Shown here piece after piece: positions 37,891 through 51,944 of a stretch of DNA of 64,000 nt. The translations under genes and the position numbers were made by a program. Source of the DNA: Moniliella sp. 'wahieum' (taxonomy: Eukaryota). The notes beneath the pieces are model-generated. The model did not search any database. It saw only the letters and a program-made list of their open reading frames with translations, and was not told the DNA's origin. Numbering within the stretch: the stretch's first letter is position 1; each line of letters starts with the position of its first letter. Location of the stretch: NCBI GenBank assembly GCA_003971905.1, contig RSEE01000005.1, forward strand, positions 248,001-312,000, written 5' to 3'.

Positions 37891-39238
37891 GCCAGCGGGA
37901 ATGACCAACAGCGCCGGAAATTCATTGCTGCATCTGGATCACTCCAAATCCGACGAATCCGGTGGCTGTTGAGTAAAACGTTCAGACCGAGCAGACCGGT
38001 GAAGCTTTAAGCCAGTTGCACACACAGCACACTCTGCCAGTGCGAGGGTCAGGCTCTGAATCCTAATCGCTATTAGGGGACGCATTCGAAGGGTTAAACG
38101 TTAAAGGGCACCGCTGAATTCAGCTTCCATTATGATGCGTGGGGGCCGGCAGAGGCCAGCCAGACAAGCCTGACGCTGCTGATGCTATGCATTCGCCGGT
38201 ACAGCGTCCCGAGTGTGTGGGCGCGTGTTCACCGGCGCGCCTAGCCGCTAATCCAGGGTAAGCCCCACGGTACCATCCCCCTGTCGTAACAGGTCTCTCG
38301 ACTCGCCTGGTTGAACGTTGACTCCGTTCGAGTGCCCTCGAGCTGCTCCACTGCAGATGAGATCTGAGATCTGAGAGGCCTCGAAGAGTCCAGCCTGTTT
38401 TGTCCAGCCTTTTTTGCTCATCTGATGGGGAAGCGGCAGAAGCGGCTGGCACTCCGCTTGTCCGGGCGTTTCTACATTACGTGCTTAGTGTCAGTGTGTG
38501 AACTGGCGCCGCTAGCCCCTGCTTGCTTTAGCCGTGCCAGGCCGCGCCAGGTAGCTTCAGCTCTCAGAGCTGCTGAAGCTTCAACTTGAAGGCTGCTCCT
38601 TTTTCAGAGCTGGACCGCGTGTTTAGTCCAGATGCGGGCGAAGCGGGGTAGACGCCGGAGTGACGGAGAAAGACAGCTGGGCTTAGCGCTTACTAGGCGG
38701 AGGAACAGCTTTGAGTAATTTCATCTCTTATCAGGTCTCAGCTAGTCTCAGAGGGGGCTCTGACCTTGTGCCGGATTCTTGGCAAGCCCCACGGCAGCAG
38801 CACTGCAGCAGCCGCCTTGTCCCGTGGCGTCGCGAGTTGTTCCGTTGCAATTTCATTTCCGTTGGTTTTTCCGCATTGGCTGGCGGAACGTGGATGATGC
38901 ATGATGTATGTGATGCTTGATGTGTTTCAGCCAGCCCGCTCCGCTGCAGTCCACTGCCGCACCTCATCGCCATCGACCATTGAATCATCTTGGTGGGACC
39001 TGGTATATGGTAGGACACGGCGGTGGAAGCTGGACATTGGAGCCGGGCATAGCGTCGGAGCAATACCAGACAATAATACCTCGGCAGAAGCTAGGATGGG
39101 GCAGACATTGGAGTCTTGTTGAACGTGAGCAGCACTTATAACTCGCAGGACGCACAGCAACTTCTTTAGTCCTTTCTGTATCCCACCTGTTCCACCTGAT
39201 GTCTGCAACTCCAATACAATTTATGCCAGGTTCCTGCT

Positions 39239-42200
39239 CTACTCTTCGTCGCCCGATCCGAGTCCGAGTGCGACTCGGGCCCTTCGGTGGCAGGAGCCGT
39301 CTTGGCCTGCTGGGCAGCGACAAAGTCGCGCGCCCGCTGCAGCACCGCCTGCTGGTCGGCGGCCGTGCCGTGCTTCTTCTCAAACGACAGCCATTTCTTC
39401 AGCACCGAGCGTGCCTTTTTGCTGGACAGCTTGCGTGCCAGCAGCCGTTCGAACAGTGAGCGCACCCGTGCTGCGCCCCCGCCCTCGGCGTCCCCAGCAG
39501 TGCGCACCACCTTCTCCTCCTGGTCCAGGTACTGCATCCACACGTCCAGCCGCTGCGGGTGGGAATCCACCAGACCCTCAAATACCACCCGCCCCCTCTG
39601 CATCGCCCCCTGGCCGGGTGCGGTACTCGGTCAGAGCATAGCCCAACAGAACCTTGACATGCTTCCGTTTTGGTAGACTCTGCAGCGAGCGCGCGGCCAC
39701 CTCGCGCGCCTTGGACGCGTTGTCCGTCTCGAGGAGGAAAGTGTAGTAGGCAACCCACACCTTGGCCGACTGGCTAAACTTGCGTGCCGTCCGCTGCCAC
39801 AGTTCCAGAGCCCGCTCCACCTTGCCCGACCGCTTGAGCATATCGATCGCCCGTAGTGCCACCGTCTTGGCATCGTTGTTCTTGCTTGCCTCGGCCAGCG
39901 CAGCATCAAACGTCGTTCCATCCTCTGCGCCAAACGCATTTTCCAAGTTCAAGCGCGCAAGCCAAACGTTCAGCCGCTCCGTCTCTTCGCGGAAGTTGAT
40001 GATCGTCAACGCCCGCTCGGCCACCGCTCGCGCCCGTTCCACATCACCCATGGCGAGATAGAAGGACATGAAGCGGATCCAGAGCAACGACGAGTTAGGC
40101 GAACCAAGCAGCAAGCGCTCAAAGTCGGCAGCAGACTCGGGTGCCTTGGTTGCTAGGGCCCCTGTCACATCCTGCACAGGAGCCTTGGCCGTCTTCTTCT
40201 TGGAGCCGCTTGCCTCGTTGTCCGACTCGTCCGATTCCTCCTCGGACCCAGCCTCGTCCGAGTCCGACACATCCGCTGCGTTGCCCGACCAGCTGTAACC
40301 ACCGGACAATTCAAGTTGATGCTTAGGAGCAGGCTCGTCGTCCACCTCCATCTCCTCATCCGAATCCATCTCGGAATCCTCTTCCTCCGAGTCCGAGTCA
40401 CCATCAAACTGGTTCATCCGGAGATCGTCCGACTCGTCGTCCCCTCGCTGCCGCTGTCGCTGTCTTCATCCTCCGACGACTCCTCGTCCGAAACCAAAGA
40501 CATGGCCTCGCCATCGTCCGAGCTCGATCCCGCCTTGGCGCGCTGCTGTTCTGGCTCGGCATCCTTGACGAGCTGGTCAAGCTCCTCAGTGTGAATAGAC
40601 TGCGCTTAAGACCCAAGCTGATCTCTTGTTCGCAGGGTCCAGCTTGATAATCTTGGCTACGCGGTCGCCGACTGAGTAAGCTTGGAGAGCGGTTTCGACC
40701 TTGGTTGGTGGGTCGGCCAGAGCAGACTTGTGGGCCAGACCGGCCAAGTTGGATCCGTCCAGTTGACAAAGACGCCAAAGTCGGTCGTGTTGCGCACGAA
40801 CCCGGGCCGGGCTTGGCCGACAGCCAAATCAGCAAACGGAGTGTTGTACTCCCCTTGGTTGCTGCCTGGACAGGCGCCACACTCTTGAGACTCAACTCCA
40901 CCTTGACATTTTCCCCAGTGCCGGTCATCTTGGTCACGGGGGAGAGACCACCTGGCCAATCTCGAACTTGCTCGTCCACTCTTGGACAAAGGTATCAAAC
41001 AGTTGCGAGATGAGCGCCCGTCCGGTCAAGTGGCGGGCAATGTCGATAAACAGACCGGCATGGGACGCAATGCCTCGCACTACCCCGACCACCTTGTCCC
41101 CAACCTTCACGTCGCCCCCGAGTCAAGAACTGCACGGTTCACCGTCTCGTACGCCCGCCCCGTAGCACCATCCTGTACCTCGGTGGCCAGCGTAGCCTGC
41201 GCGGCGGCGGCCAGGGCCATGGGCGCAGACGACACATCGGCCCAACGGCCATTTTTGCTGGTCCGCAGTACCACACACTGCACCGTACTCCTCACCTTGG
41301 GAAGTGTGGCGCCCTGCAGACCGTCCCGATCAACACAGTCGAGCAAGTGCAACCGGCCGGAGCGGCTGGGCCCAAAGGACACGGTAGCCGCCGTTGGCTC
41401 CTTGTGCCCGGTCACCGTACCTTCCAGAACCATGTCGGGCACCAAGCCCGACAGAGCCCGAGCTGCCACGGCCGAGGTATCTGAGGAAGGAACGACAACC
41501 AGCAAACCCTTCTCCTTGCTCCGCCCCGTGACAATCAAATCGGACAATTTGGTGCCCTGCTCCAAATCCAATTCATCCACCGTCACCGTCGCACCCGACT
41601 CGCGCGAACGAGCCTGAGCCAGCGCGTTGAGGGACAAGACCGCTTTGGCGCCCGGGTAGAGGGGAAGCGTAAGTGTTGCCACATCGTTCTGCACCGACAC
41701 CACCGTGCCCTCGACCCGGGTTCCATCCCGTACGGACGAGGCACTTTGTTGGGCCAAGTAGGAAGGCAAGGCTTGGCGGATGGAAGCGACGATGCGGCGT
41801 TGGGAATCGTCGACCCGCATCACGCGCACCTGTACCGTCTGGCCAATCTGCACCGTCGCTGGCGTGGCCGTTGCTGCAATTTCGGTACGCGGCACAAACG
41901 CCCGCAGCGTTTGGAAAAAGTCCACGAGCAGCCCCCCCTTGTCCAACTTGCGGCTGACGGTGGCAAGGGTAATCTCGCCAGGGCGAACCTCATCGAAAGT
42001 GGAGGGAATGGGCAGTTCGGCACGCACAATCGATCGTTTCAGACTCAACACGACCCGGTTGCGGGTGGGATTGACAAACATGACACGGGCAGTCACCTTG
42101 GACCCAACGGGGTACTTGCGCTCGGGCTTTTTCAGTGCCACGTCCGAATAGTGCATCGGGAACACAATCCCATCCACTGGCCCGTCAAAGTCAACAAACA

Positions 42201-44151
42201 TCGCTTCGTCCGAGATCTTCTTAATGGTGCCCTTGAGCACCACCCGACGGGGATGTCGGCGACGCGCAAGTACTTGCTATTGAGGACGCGCGGGGCGAGG
42301 GAAACTTCCACCACCTGGTCCGTTAGCGCGTGACGAATGACGCGCGCCAGATGGGTTGAGCCAACGCCGTACTTGCTTTCATCCAATCGGACCAGATGCT
42401 GGTCCTCTACATGGGAAATATGGGAAAAGCCTGGTACGGGCGTCACTTCGGCCCCGGTGCCTTGAGGACGAAGCGCCAGGGTGATCCCCCAGGTCGGGTT
42501 GATGGCCGTGACCGTGGCGTCGACCAAGACGCCGACGGGCAGGGCCAGTGCTAGATCGGCAGGCGCCTCAAGGTGGAGAACATGTGGGATGGCAGACATG
42601 CCAATCTTACGGTCCTGCGCTTGGCCTGGCGCCTCGGCATCTTTCTCTGCGTCCTCCTCTTCGTCCCCCAGCGAAACCCCCGACATATCGATTCGAGCGC
42701 GAGGCGTCTGCACCCACAGCACCCCGCGCCAAGTGAGAGCCGGCGGTGTAGCTCTCGGGGCTGTTAGGCAAATGAACAGCGGGAATGGTGGCATCAAACA
42801 GACCCCATAGCTTGACTGCAATGCCAGCCGGCGAGGTACCAGCGACCAAGGTCCGAATCCGAGTGCCCGGAAGAAGCCCTCTCGATCCGGGGAGCCATGC
42901 TGGCACTGATCGTGACGCCGTCAAGGCCGAGTGGGGCCCGAGGCGAACCAAAGCACCGAACCCGCCTGGATGGATTGAATGGCAACCAAGTGAACCGATC
43001 CGATCGGAAGCGAATCGGGGCGGGACCCCATTTGGCGTCACCAGCAAAGGGAAGGAATCCTCTCATCCCCTTTACACCGGTCTCCACTGCCCAGCCATTG
43101 TCTTCCTTGGCCGAGATGGCCACGGGCAGCAACAGCCCGCATGCAAATCCGACGTGTCCACCTCGGCATTGACCAAGGCTGGGTCCACTAGCACAGCCCG
43201 GCGCGCTTCAAAGTCGTACTCTTCCCGTCCTGCAGCGCCAGTGGTGACGCTGCTCTTGCGTGCTGGCACATCGTTCGGGGCATAGCTCGCCTCAACGGCC
43301 GCCAGGACCATTTGGCCGGATGGAAAATTGGCCCAGTTGGTAATTTTGTCCTTACGGGCATTGGATACAGTCTCCTCCTCCCTTCCTCCTCATCGCTTTC
43401 CTCTTCCTCCTCGGACTCGGACTCCGAGTCGTCGTCCGAGTCGCTGTCGTCGGTCGCGTTCCGCAGGTGGGCAGTAAAGCTGGAACTAATGTTGGTGATT
43501 GGTACGTGGCCGAGAAGGCCATCGGGAGAGAGAGAATGAGGGCCAGGGATGGACAGCCAGGATGGTACACAGCAACTTGGTACCGGGAGTAATGCGCTAC
43601 GCAGGACAGGAATGTCAGCGCACAGAAGCAGCAGGGGAAAAGGGAAGCCAGCCGGAGGGGACGTACCTTGTTTAAGATGTTCGATCCGGGCGCCACCATC
43701 ATGGTGTGCCTCGGTCCTGCGCTTGCGCGAGCGGCCCTCGTGGAAGGACCCTCGTCCTCCTCGTCGCCGTTGCGGGCACGATGGCGGCGTTTTTTGCCGC
43801 CAGACACGACAGCCTCGTCCCCAGTCACGGCCGTCTCGGCTGCAATCGGCACGCGCTGTCTGCAGCGTGTCGCGGTACTCGGCAGGAGTCAATACCGAGC
43901 CACCACCACGGGAAAGTCACCCCGTGAGACCAGCGAGCAGCTGGGCGGCCGTCGTGGGCGCAGCGGCCGGCTTCTTTGAACAGGTTTGGCCTTGACCGCA
44001 GCCTTGGTTTGGGGTCTTGTGGGCGGACTTGGCAGCAGCCGCGGGGGCAGTGGAGGTGGAGGAGCGCTTCTTGCCAGCATCTGGTGTGGTTCGCTTGGCC
44101 GAACCCTTGGCTGGCGCTTTGGGCGGCGCTTTGGCCGCTGGTTTTGGCCAT
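39239..44151 (-). CDS. RRP5: rRNA biogenesis protein Rrp5 (S1 repeats plus C-terminal TPR/HAT)
   Basis: Multiple S1-like segments and PESAADFERLLLGSPNSSLLWIRFMSF, RALTIINFREETERLNVW, RLDVWMQYLDQE, KKWLSFEKKHG. Confidence 0.95.
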
Positions 44152-44546
44152 GGCGGTGGTCTGGGGGGGTGGGAAAGCGGATGGAGGTGCTCTACCACCA
44201 AGAAAACAGCGCTGCCAAAAAAATTGGATGCACCGAATCTAGCCCTTTTGAAACTATCAACGCGGCGGCGCCACATGATGCATGATGCATGACGGAATAA
44301 GATGGGTGATGGTATGGTACTGATGCATGCCTGAGCGACTGCGTCCTACGCGCTACCAAGGCTAACCGTGACCACCCTTGGCGCTCGCCGGGGTGGACGG
44401 AGGCAGGGAGGCCAGATCGCCTCGGCGAGGAGCCGTGCGGCTCACAAGACCGCACCCTCAGTCATCAATCAACACAAATTGACAAGGAACACAACCATAT
44501 CGTAGCTAGCCGCTGCAAACGAGATAAAAAGTGGAGACCAGCGCCA

Positions 44547-45971
44547 GCACCGTATCGACCTCCCCCGCACTGCACCCCATCCCAAGGAGCGAGATTCGAC
44601 CTACGCCCTCTTTGGCCTTCCTGGTCCGCCGGCCTTGCCCGCCGCGTCGAACACGGTCCAAAACCTGAGCTCGTTCGCGCCCGTATCGACCGAGGCGAGT
44701 TTCTGTCCGTCGGGGGAGCGGAGACGGCATCGAGGATGCGCCCCTCGTGGGCGCGATCGATGCGGTACAACAGTTTGCCCGAAGGGTAGGACCAGAAGCA
44801 GATGGCCCAGTGCAGGACGCGTCAGTAGGGTGGGCACCATGGGTGTGAGAGTTCCCGGTGTACCAAGACCAATGGATCGAGCTGATTTGGGCCTCGGTCT
44901 GCCAGCTCATCAAGCGAGCTTGGCTCACCACGTTCCAGATGTTGACGGTACGACAGGCAGAGCCGCCGCCCGAGGCGAGGATGTGAGAATTAAATGGAGA
45001 CCAGGACAGGGCCTTGTGTAAACAGAACCATTGGGTCAGAGCGCGCCTAGATGACACGAACTATGGGGAGAAGGGGGGGGAGACATACCTTGACCGCCGC
45101 TTTGTGCTCCGAGCGGCTCATGATCGGCTCTTCCTTCGTCCGATCCCACACACGGAGCAAATTGTCGTTTCCACCCGATGCAAACAACGCGCCATCCGTT
45201 CGATAGACCAGGCCACACACCAACCAGCATGGGCACGTAGCATCCGCGTCGCCGACGAGGCCAAGCGAATGTCGTGGTCGACAATCCAGCCTGTACCTAC
45301 CCCCCGTAAGCGTCGAGGCATCGGCCCAGTCCATCGCCCCACTTGGACAGTCATTTGCTCCTCTCGCGCGCCTCATCGGACGGGAAGGCAGGTGCGAGAG
45401 CTTGCGGTGAACTTTTAGTGTGCGCAAACCGTTTCTTTCTTTCGCTTCGCCTGCACGTCCCACACTTGGGCTGCCCCACTAGCCGTGCCCACCAAACACG
45501 GTTCCCTCCGGGTGCCACCGGACCGCAGTCACAAGGGAACAAGGGCCGCCGCCCAACTTCTCGGGCTGCTCCGCCAAGTCGACCAGCAACTCTACCGTGG
45601 CTGCATCGCAGTCCCATACATACAACCGCCTGGCGCAGCACGATGGCCACTTGGTTCGCCACGCTCCAATCAGAAGATGGTGGTAAAAGTCGTCGGAAAT
45701 GTCTGCGGCATCCAGTATCTTTTCCGGTCGTGCGGAAATGGCGCGATGGGCGCGCAGGGCAGCAGTAGGGATCTTGGGTTTGCTGGTAAACGAAGCGTTG
45801 GCAGCCGCCGCCGAGCCAGGGGCAGCCGGGGCAAAGGACAGCACCTTTTGTACGGGAAGGTCGTGCTCGTGCTCGACCTGGGTGGGGGTCGAAGGCGTGG
45901 AGGCGGGCGTCTGGTCTTGGGTGGCGTGCAGGGCCGGGCATGGCAGACGAGGGGGAGGGTGTGGCGGACAT
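44547..45971 (-). CDS. Cdc20/Fizzy-family WD40 APC/C activator (divergent)
   Basis: KVLSF (KILR-like), PEKILDAADISDDFY...DWS, VCGL, FASGGNDN, HKAAVKALSWSPF, LASGGGSAC, ELRFWTVF. Both ends uncertain; an upstream exon is possible. Confidence 0.85.
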
Positions 45972-46447
45972 GGGGGTGGTGTGGAGCCAGCGGGTGGCTC
46001 GGCTTGATGCCGGGTAGAGCGCGGCAGAGAGGGGAGAGTTGAGAGCAGCATCTACTCTCGTGCGTCGGTTGCACCGAACTCCCGTTGAAACATTGCTCCG
46101 CAGACCCACTCGCCAACTGCCCCACCAAAATTAAATTAAAACAGTCCATTGGGGGCTGGCTGCCAGCAAGGCAACCCACCAACTAACTATACAAGCAAGG
46201 TCATTGGGACATAGGCAGAGCACGAACATGCGATGGAATGGGAAATGTAAGGGTCCAACATGGCGACAGTCCCGATCCGGCCGGGACAGGCATAATCAAA
46301 GGGGAACGGGGAAAGCAAGGCAGCAGAGAGATGGGTATGGTGCGTCATGATGCATGATGCTGCTGAAAAAAAAAAACTGAAGCCAACAAACTGCAGAGCA
46401 ATCAGAAGCAGGCTCAGCTGGTTAGGCCCAGATGAGAGGCGCGCTGG

Positions 46448-47892
46448 TCAGGGAAGCTGCGCCATCAGGGCATACAACGCGATCGAGCTCGAGGCCGCCA
46501 GGGCCAGGGTACTACCCACATTGGCCGCGTTACGCACGCTCGTAGCCCACGTGCGAACCAGTCCCGACGATGCCGGCTCGGGAGATTGCTTCTTGTTCTC
46601 AGCAACGCGATCCGTGTCGTGAGGAGGAGATCCAGCGGACCGCGGTGGCGGCAGCACAGGCTCCTGTGTCCGGGTTGACCGAATCCCCAGGGTGAGCTGG
46701 GGCGAATGAGGGGCCACGCTACGCAAGGGGGTGAAGGCAGGTGCGAGGACAGGCCGTGACGCTGAATTGGACCGGCTGCGGCTCAGTTCTTCGTCTTCGG
46801 CCACCGGGGGCAGCGTTGGATCTGGTGGTTCGGGTTCGGGCAAAGGCAGCGGGAGAGCCGAGGGCATTGGGTCCGGACGGGGGAGCGGCTGGGACAAGGG
46901 AATCGAGCGACTAAGCTGACGGGTCGGGGGCGGAGAGGACGTGTAGCCTGAGGCCCATCTACGCTTACGACCGAGGTGTGCGGGAAGGAGTGGGCGCGAC
47001 GCGGTCCGGGCGGGTCCGGAGGCGAGGCAAAGTAGCTCAGACTCGTGCCCCGCCTCTCCTCGGCCCAGGAGAGGTGAGTGTGACCTTCGCCGCCCCACGA
47101 GTCGGGTTGGGGAGCGGTGAAGGGGCGAGGACGTGATGGAATTGGAATGGGTGTGGGCGCCCACCCGAGCGATCGACGACGCTTTTGCGCACAGGCCCGG
47201 TCGACCAATTGTAAGCGACGGAGGCCGTGGGTGCCCGATTCGCACGTCGAGCGAAGCCGTTGCTCAACCGCTCTGGGAGGGGGCGGCATCCGTTTCGTCG
47301 ACTTTGATTCGGAGCCATAGATAGCTTCCATCCGTTCGGGGAAGTGGGAGAACAGAGTAAGGACTGGTGGACAAGGTGTTGGATATCTGCCTCGGGCTCT
47401 GGAGGTGGCGCGGGCAAAGGCGAAGCCGAAGATTGGGGACGGGACCACCATTGACTCCAGCGTTTACTGGTGCGGCTGGCGCGACGCGCCCAGCAGCCCA
47501 GTCCAGACCAAAGTCGGGTGCTGGCTCGTACTCATACGGCTCAGAGAGCCATCAATGTCGTAACGCACGGGCCGCGCAGCGGGCGGGTAGGCGCGCGGGG
47601 CGTGGTCCGGGGCCGGGGAGAGGGAGAGGGAGGAGCGGGCGCAGAAGAAGGAGGGCGGTAATGGAAGATACGAGGTGCCTTCGAGGGCGGCAATGGTGGC
47701 AGCGTGTGCGCGCGCACGTTCGGCGGGGTCGGGCGAAGGATGGCGGGGCAGCTGGAGCGGGCGCAGGCGAGGGCGCAGGCGCTTGCACTCCTCGAGTCGG
47801 CGGTGGGCAGAGGAAGAAGCGGAGGAGGCAGAGGGAGAAAAAGGAAACGAGACCGAGGCCCAGCTCGGGCTGGGCGAGGGCGGGGCGGACAT
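46448..47892 (-). CDS. Hypothetical Ser/Pro/Arg-rich protein with a hydrophobic C-terminal tail
   Basis: Overlapping minus-strand ORFs from ATG 47892 ending ...NVGSTLALAASSSIALYALMAQLP*. No recognised domain. Confidence 0.55.
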
Positions 47893-48531
47893 GAAGGAGA
47901 GACAAGGCCGGGGCTGAGTTGGTGGGGGTGGGCGGATGGTGGGGGTGGCGTGTAGTAGCAGGGCGAGCCAGGCTAGCCCCGTCCCAAGCCACTCGGTGCG
48001 ACACGCCCCACAGCGTGCCAGTGCGGCGGCGCTGGTCATCACATGTCACATGTCACAGTGCGCCTCAGGCTGTCGCCGACCGCCGATCAGTCGGGCGGAT
48101 CAGTCGATTGTAGCACTGCAACGCCCTCCGGCGTCCTCCGACCGTGCTCGACTCAGTCCACCTTGGTCCGTGTCTCAGCCACCCGCGTGACACCGGCTGC
48201 TTACCTCAGCCACGCTGCAGCCCCTCCACGCTTTACCAGCTTTGCGCTAGCGTCACGCGTCACGCGTCAAGCCTTGCCGGCTGCGCTGCTCCACCAAGCA
48301 CGTGACCCCCCACCATTCCCAGGCTGGTGCGCAGCAGCTGTCCAATGAATAACCCACGAATGGATGCACTACCGCCAATTCGAATTAGAATCACCCTGCC
48401 CTGCCCGCTTGCGTGCACGTACATCATGTGGGGGAAGGCGATCTGTTTTCGAAGCATGCCGCACCAAATACCTCCATCCAACAGCATCCCTCTCCCTCCC
48501 GTCATACCCACGCCCCTCCGCCGTCCCAGGC

Positions 48532-51500
48532 TTATGGGGGGACAAAAACAGGTATCCAACAACAAACAAGAAAACAAACCAAATCAAAGTCCACCAGCGG
48601 GCGGCATCGCTGGTGCGCCCGGCGGCGCCGGCACCGAGCCCGGTGGCGCAAGGGGCAAAGGACGAGGCAAGGCCGGTGGCGGCGGACCGGAAAGTACGTG
48701 GACGTACCAGGCGGCCGCACTGCCTGCCCCGCGTCGGCCGCCGTGGCAATGGACAGGGCACGTCGCTTGCCCAACTTTTTAGACGAGGGACCTTCGGGCG
48801 CATGGTCCGTCGAGCCCATCTCCAGCTCCAGCTCCACCCGCACCTGGGGCATTGCAACCGCCGCGGCGGTCCCCGAGGCTGTGCGCATCGTGGCGGCGAC
48901 CATGGGCTGGACAAGCGCCAAGGTGGGCCCCGGATGCGGAGCGGTACATCCTGGCGCGGCCGGGGCAGCGGCCGGGTGGCTTGGCTGAGGCGGTGCGACT
49001 GCCCTTTCTGTAGCGCCGGACGGTGAGGGGAGCACGGTGGGAACGGGCGGTGGAGGGGGGTGGTAATATACTTGCCCTGCTTGGGGCGGGGGCGCATTCA
49101 TCGTCTTCATAGTTTCAGGGGGGGTATGGCAGCCATTTGAAGAGGAGGAGCAGGAGCGGGAACGGGCGCAGGAGCAGGAGCGGGCGCAAGCGCAGGCGCA
49201 GGAGGAGGAGCGGACGCAAGCGCAGGAGCAGGTGCAGGTGCAGGAGCAGGAGCAGGAGCAGGAGCAAGGGCTGGCGCAGGAGCAGGAACAGGCGGTGGCT
49301 GCGCATGCTCTACAATGGCCTCGCGAGCGGGGAACAACGAAGAGTTCTTAGAGCTGGCGGTACGGGAGAGACGTTGGGCGTCGGAGGAATCCGCCCGGGC
49401 CAGGCGCGAGGTTTGTACGTGATTCACGGCCCGGCGAGGACGGGGAGCCTGAAGGGCAGGCGACAGCGCCGTCGGCACCACGTCGGACCGTATCGGTGCA
49501 CCAGGCGCAGCGGTGGTGCGGTGACAATCGGAGCTGGGGCACGAGGCGCTGAGGAGGTCACATAGGCTGCCGCTGAATCTCTCGGTGGAGGCGGGGGGAA
49601 CGAGGTAGCGGGTGCCGTTGGCGCAGGGGGGGCAGCGGGCGCAGCGGGCGCAGCAGGTCCTGACGGGAGGGGTGCCGGGACAGGCGGAGCTGGGGCAAGG
49701 TGCGCAAGCTGGGAAGATAAGGGACTGGTGGAATGGGGGGACCGACCGCTCTCGTTACCGGAGAAGACAAAGGTTTGTCGCTATTGCCGGCGTTTCCAGA
49801 GGAAGATAGGCGTGTGGTCCGCGTAAGGATGACGTGCGTTGCATTGTCGGAGGCGCAACCAGCGAGGCTGGCAGCGGATGTTGACCTCCGTACCCGGGGG
49901 GCACAAATGTGCCCGGGACCCAGCCGCGCATCCCCTCTCCTTCTTCGGTCGGAGTGGAAGAGGGAGGAGGCATGGGCCGTAAGGATTTGGGCACAGAGAC
50001 TGGGGCATGCACAGCAGGCTGGCCAAAGGATACAGCGGGGCCAGGTTGGGTCCGCGGGGGGGGGAGGTTGCGCGGCTTCTGGGCTCGGCACCACGGGCGA
50101 TCCTTGGCCGGGGTAGATCTGTCGGCCTTGTGGGTGCACACGTGGGGTCACGTCATCGAGCGGCAAAGACTGCGGTCGGTTGCGCTGGGTAGAGGGGCGC
50201 CGGGACACGGACAGTGTCCCCTAGGTGAATTTGTTGGATGCGCATCCGCACTGGCCGGCTGCCCGTCTCGGGCGGCGAGGCGGGAGGCGAGGTGGGCGGA
50301 AACGAGGACGCCACGGAAGGGTCCACCCCAGCTTGCTCTGCCAGTTGGATGAGAATAGGGGGTAGGCTGGCCAACGCCGAATCGGCGGCTTCTGCCTCCA
50401 TTGGTTCCATCCGCGGGGGGGGGAGGCTGGAAGTGCGTCGGTTTCGCGTGCGAGGGGTTGCCGTGTCCCACTCGGGAGAGGGAGGAGGCAAGTCGCGGTC
50501 CTGCTCTTTGTCCTTTGTCCTCCGCATGCGTGCGGGCCACCTGATCCCTCGCTTGGACCGCGTCTCATGCGATGCGACTGAATTCACGGAAGCCTGCTCG
50601 GCCAAGGTTTGTAAGGTGGGAACGGCGACGGGTGGGGGGGGAGTGCGACACTGGGAGGGAGGAGCGGAGCCAACTGTGTAGCGAGGTAGAGCAACGTGGA
50701 GCCCAAGGCCGAACGGGCGTGATGGGTGGGATGCGGAGGTGGCCGAAGACGGCCCGAGTCCGACAGCAAGCCGGCGAGGGTGGCCATCAGTTCGTTGGAG
50801 GCGAGGGCCTTGACCTGGGTCGAGGGGGCACCGGTGTGGAGGAGATGCAGCAAGAGCGAACCCCATAGATCGATGGGCGGAACAAGACGAGAGCCAGGGG
50901 AGGAAGCGGTGAGCTGAAGCCCGGGCGTACTTAGAGGCCATACGCCGACCGAGGAAGCTTGCTCCCGCACCAGGCCCGAGTCGTCCTCGGCATTAAGGGA
51001 GGCAATAATAACACGCGCCACTTCGCGGGCGCGTTGGTCCGAGACGAGGAAGTGACGAAGCTGGTCAAGGTGGGCAGCACGAGAGGAGGTGTGGTCCGGA
51101 CGGCCTACAAGGCAGGTGACAAGCCGGAAGGCAGTGTCGGCATCGTCATCGTCGGAGTGATCGAGTCATCAGAATGGCTGGGGGTGTGGCTGGCAGAGGG
51201 GCTGACGGGGCTCGGAGCGGGGGCGGACTGATTGTGGGAGCGGGAGAACCAGGCGCGCTTTTTGGTAGTCGACGCGGCCGGCTCATCAGGTTGGGGGAGC
51301 TGGGCTGGCAGGCTGGGTTCGTCCTTGGACTTGGGCTTGGACTTGGACTTGGGCTTGGACTTGGGCTTGGGCTTGGACTTGGGCTTGAGCTTGGCCATGT
51401 CATTGTCCCTGAAGCGGTGCATGAAGGTGTCCTTGTGGGGCTCCTTGTCGTGGTGCGTGTGGCTGTGGGTGGAGGAGGAGGTGGGGGTGGGGGGCGTAGG

Positions 51501-51542
51501 AGGGTAGGCGGCGGGCGCGGGCGCGGGTGGCGAGGCGTCCAT
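48532..51542 (-). CDS. Hypothetical large Pro/Ala-rich low-complexity protein
   Basis: Continuous chain of minus-strand ORFs from ATG 51542 with (KP/KS)n and (PA)n tracts. The 3' end is uncertain and no domain is recognised. Confidence 0.55.
51326..51393. repeat. (GGACTT/GGGCTT)n hexamer tract encoding [11 protein letters not shown] on the minus strand
   Basis: Read directly. Confidence 0.9.
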
Positions 51543-51944
51543 GGCAGAGACGGCGGGGGGAGGGGGAGGGGAGGGGGAGGGGGAGGGGAGAGGGTGGAGC
51601 GGGCCAAGCTGCCCAACCCCGCCGTTGGCTCCTGTGCGCCGTCGGCGTGGCCGCAGAGGGGCCGAATATCCACCCCGCCATCTTCGGGGTTGGGTGGGCC
51701 TTGAAATGTTCAGCTGCGCATGGCTGCGGATGGGAGCGCAGGCGGCGCCGTGGCCGCTGTGGCGCCGCCCATTCCGCCGCCCATTCCGCGCGGGAGTCCT
51801 AGTCAGGCCTGAGCCTCAGGCCTCAGCGTAGTCAGGCAGGCTGCAGACAGGACGCCCCCGAAGGGCGGAGCACCACCACCACCACCACCGGCCCAGCCCA
51901 TCTCCCCCGCCCTCGCCTCGTCTGGGGCGGGTGCAGCATGCGCC

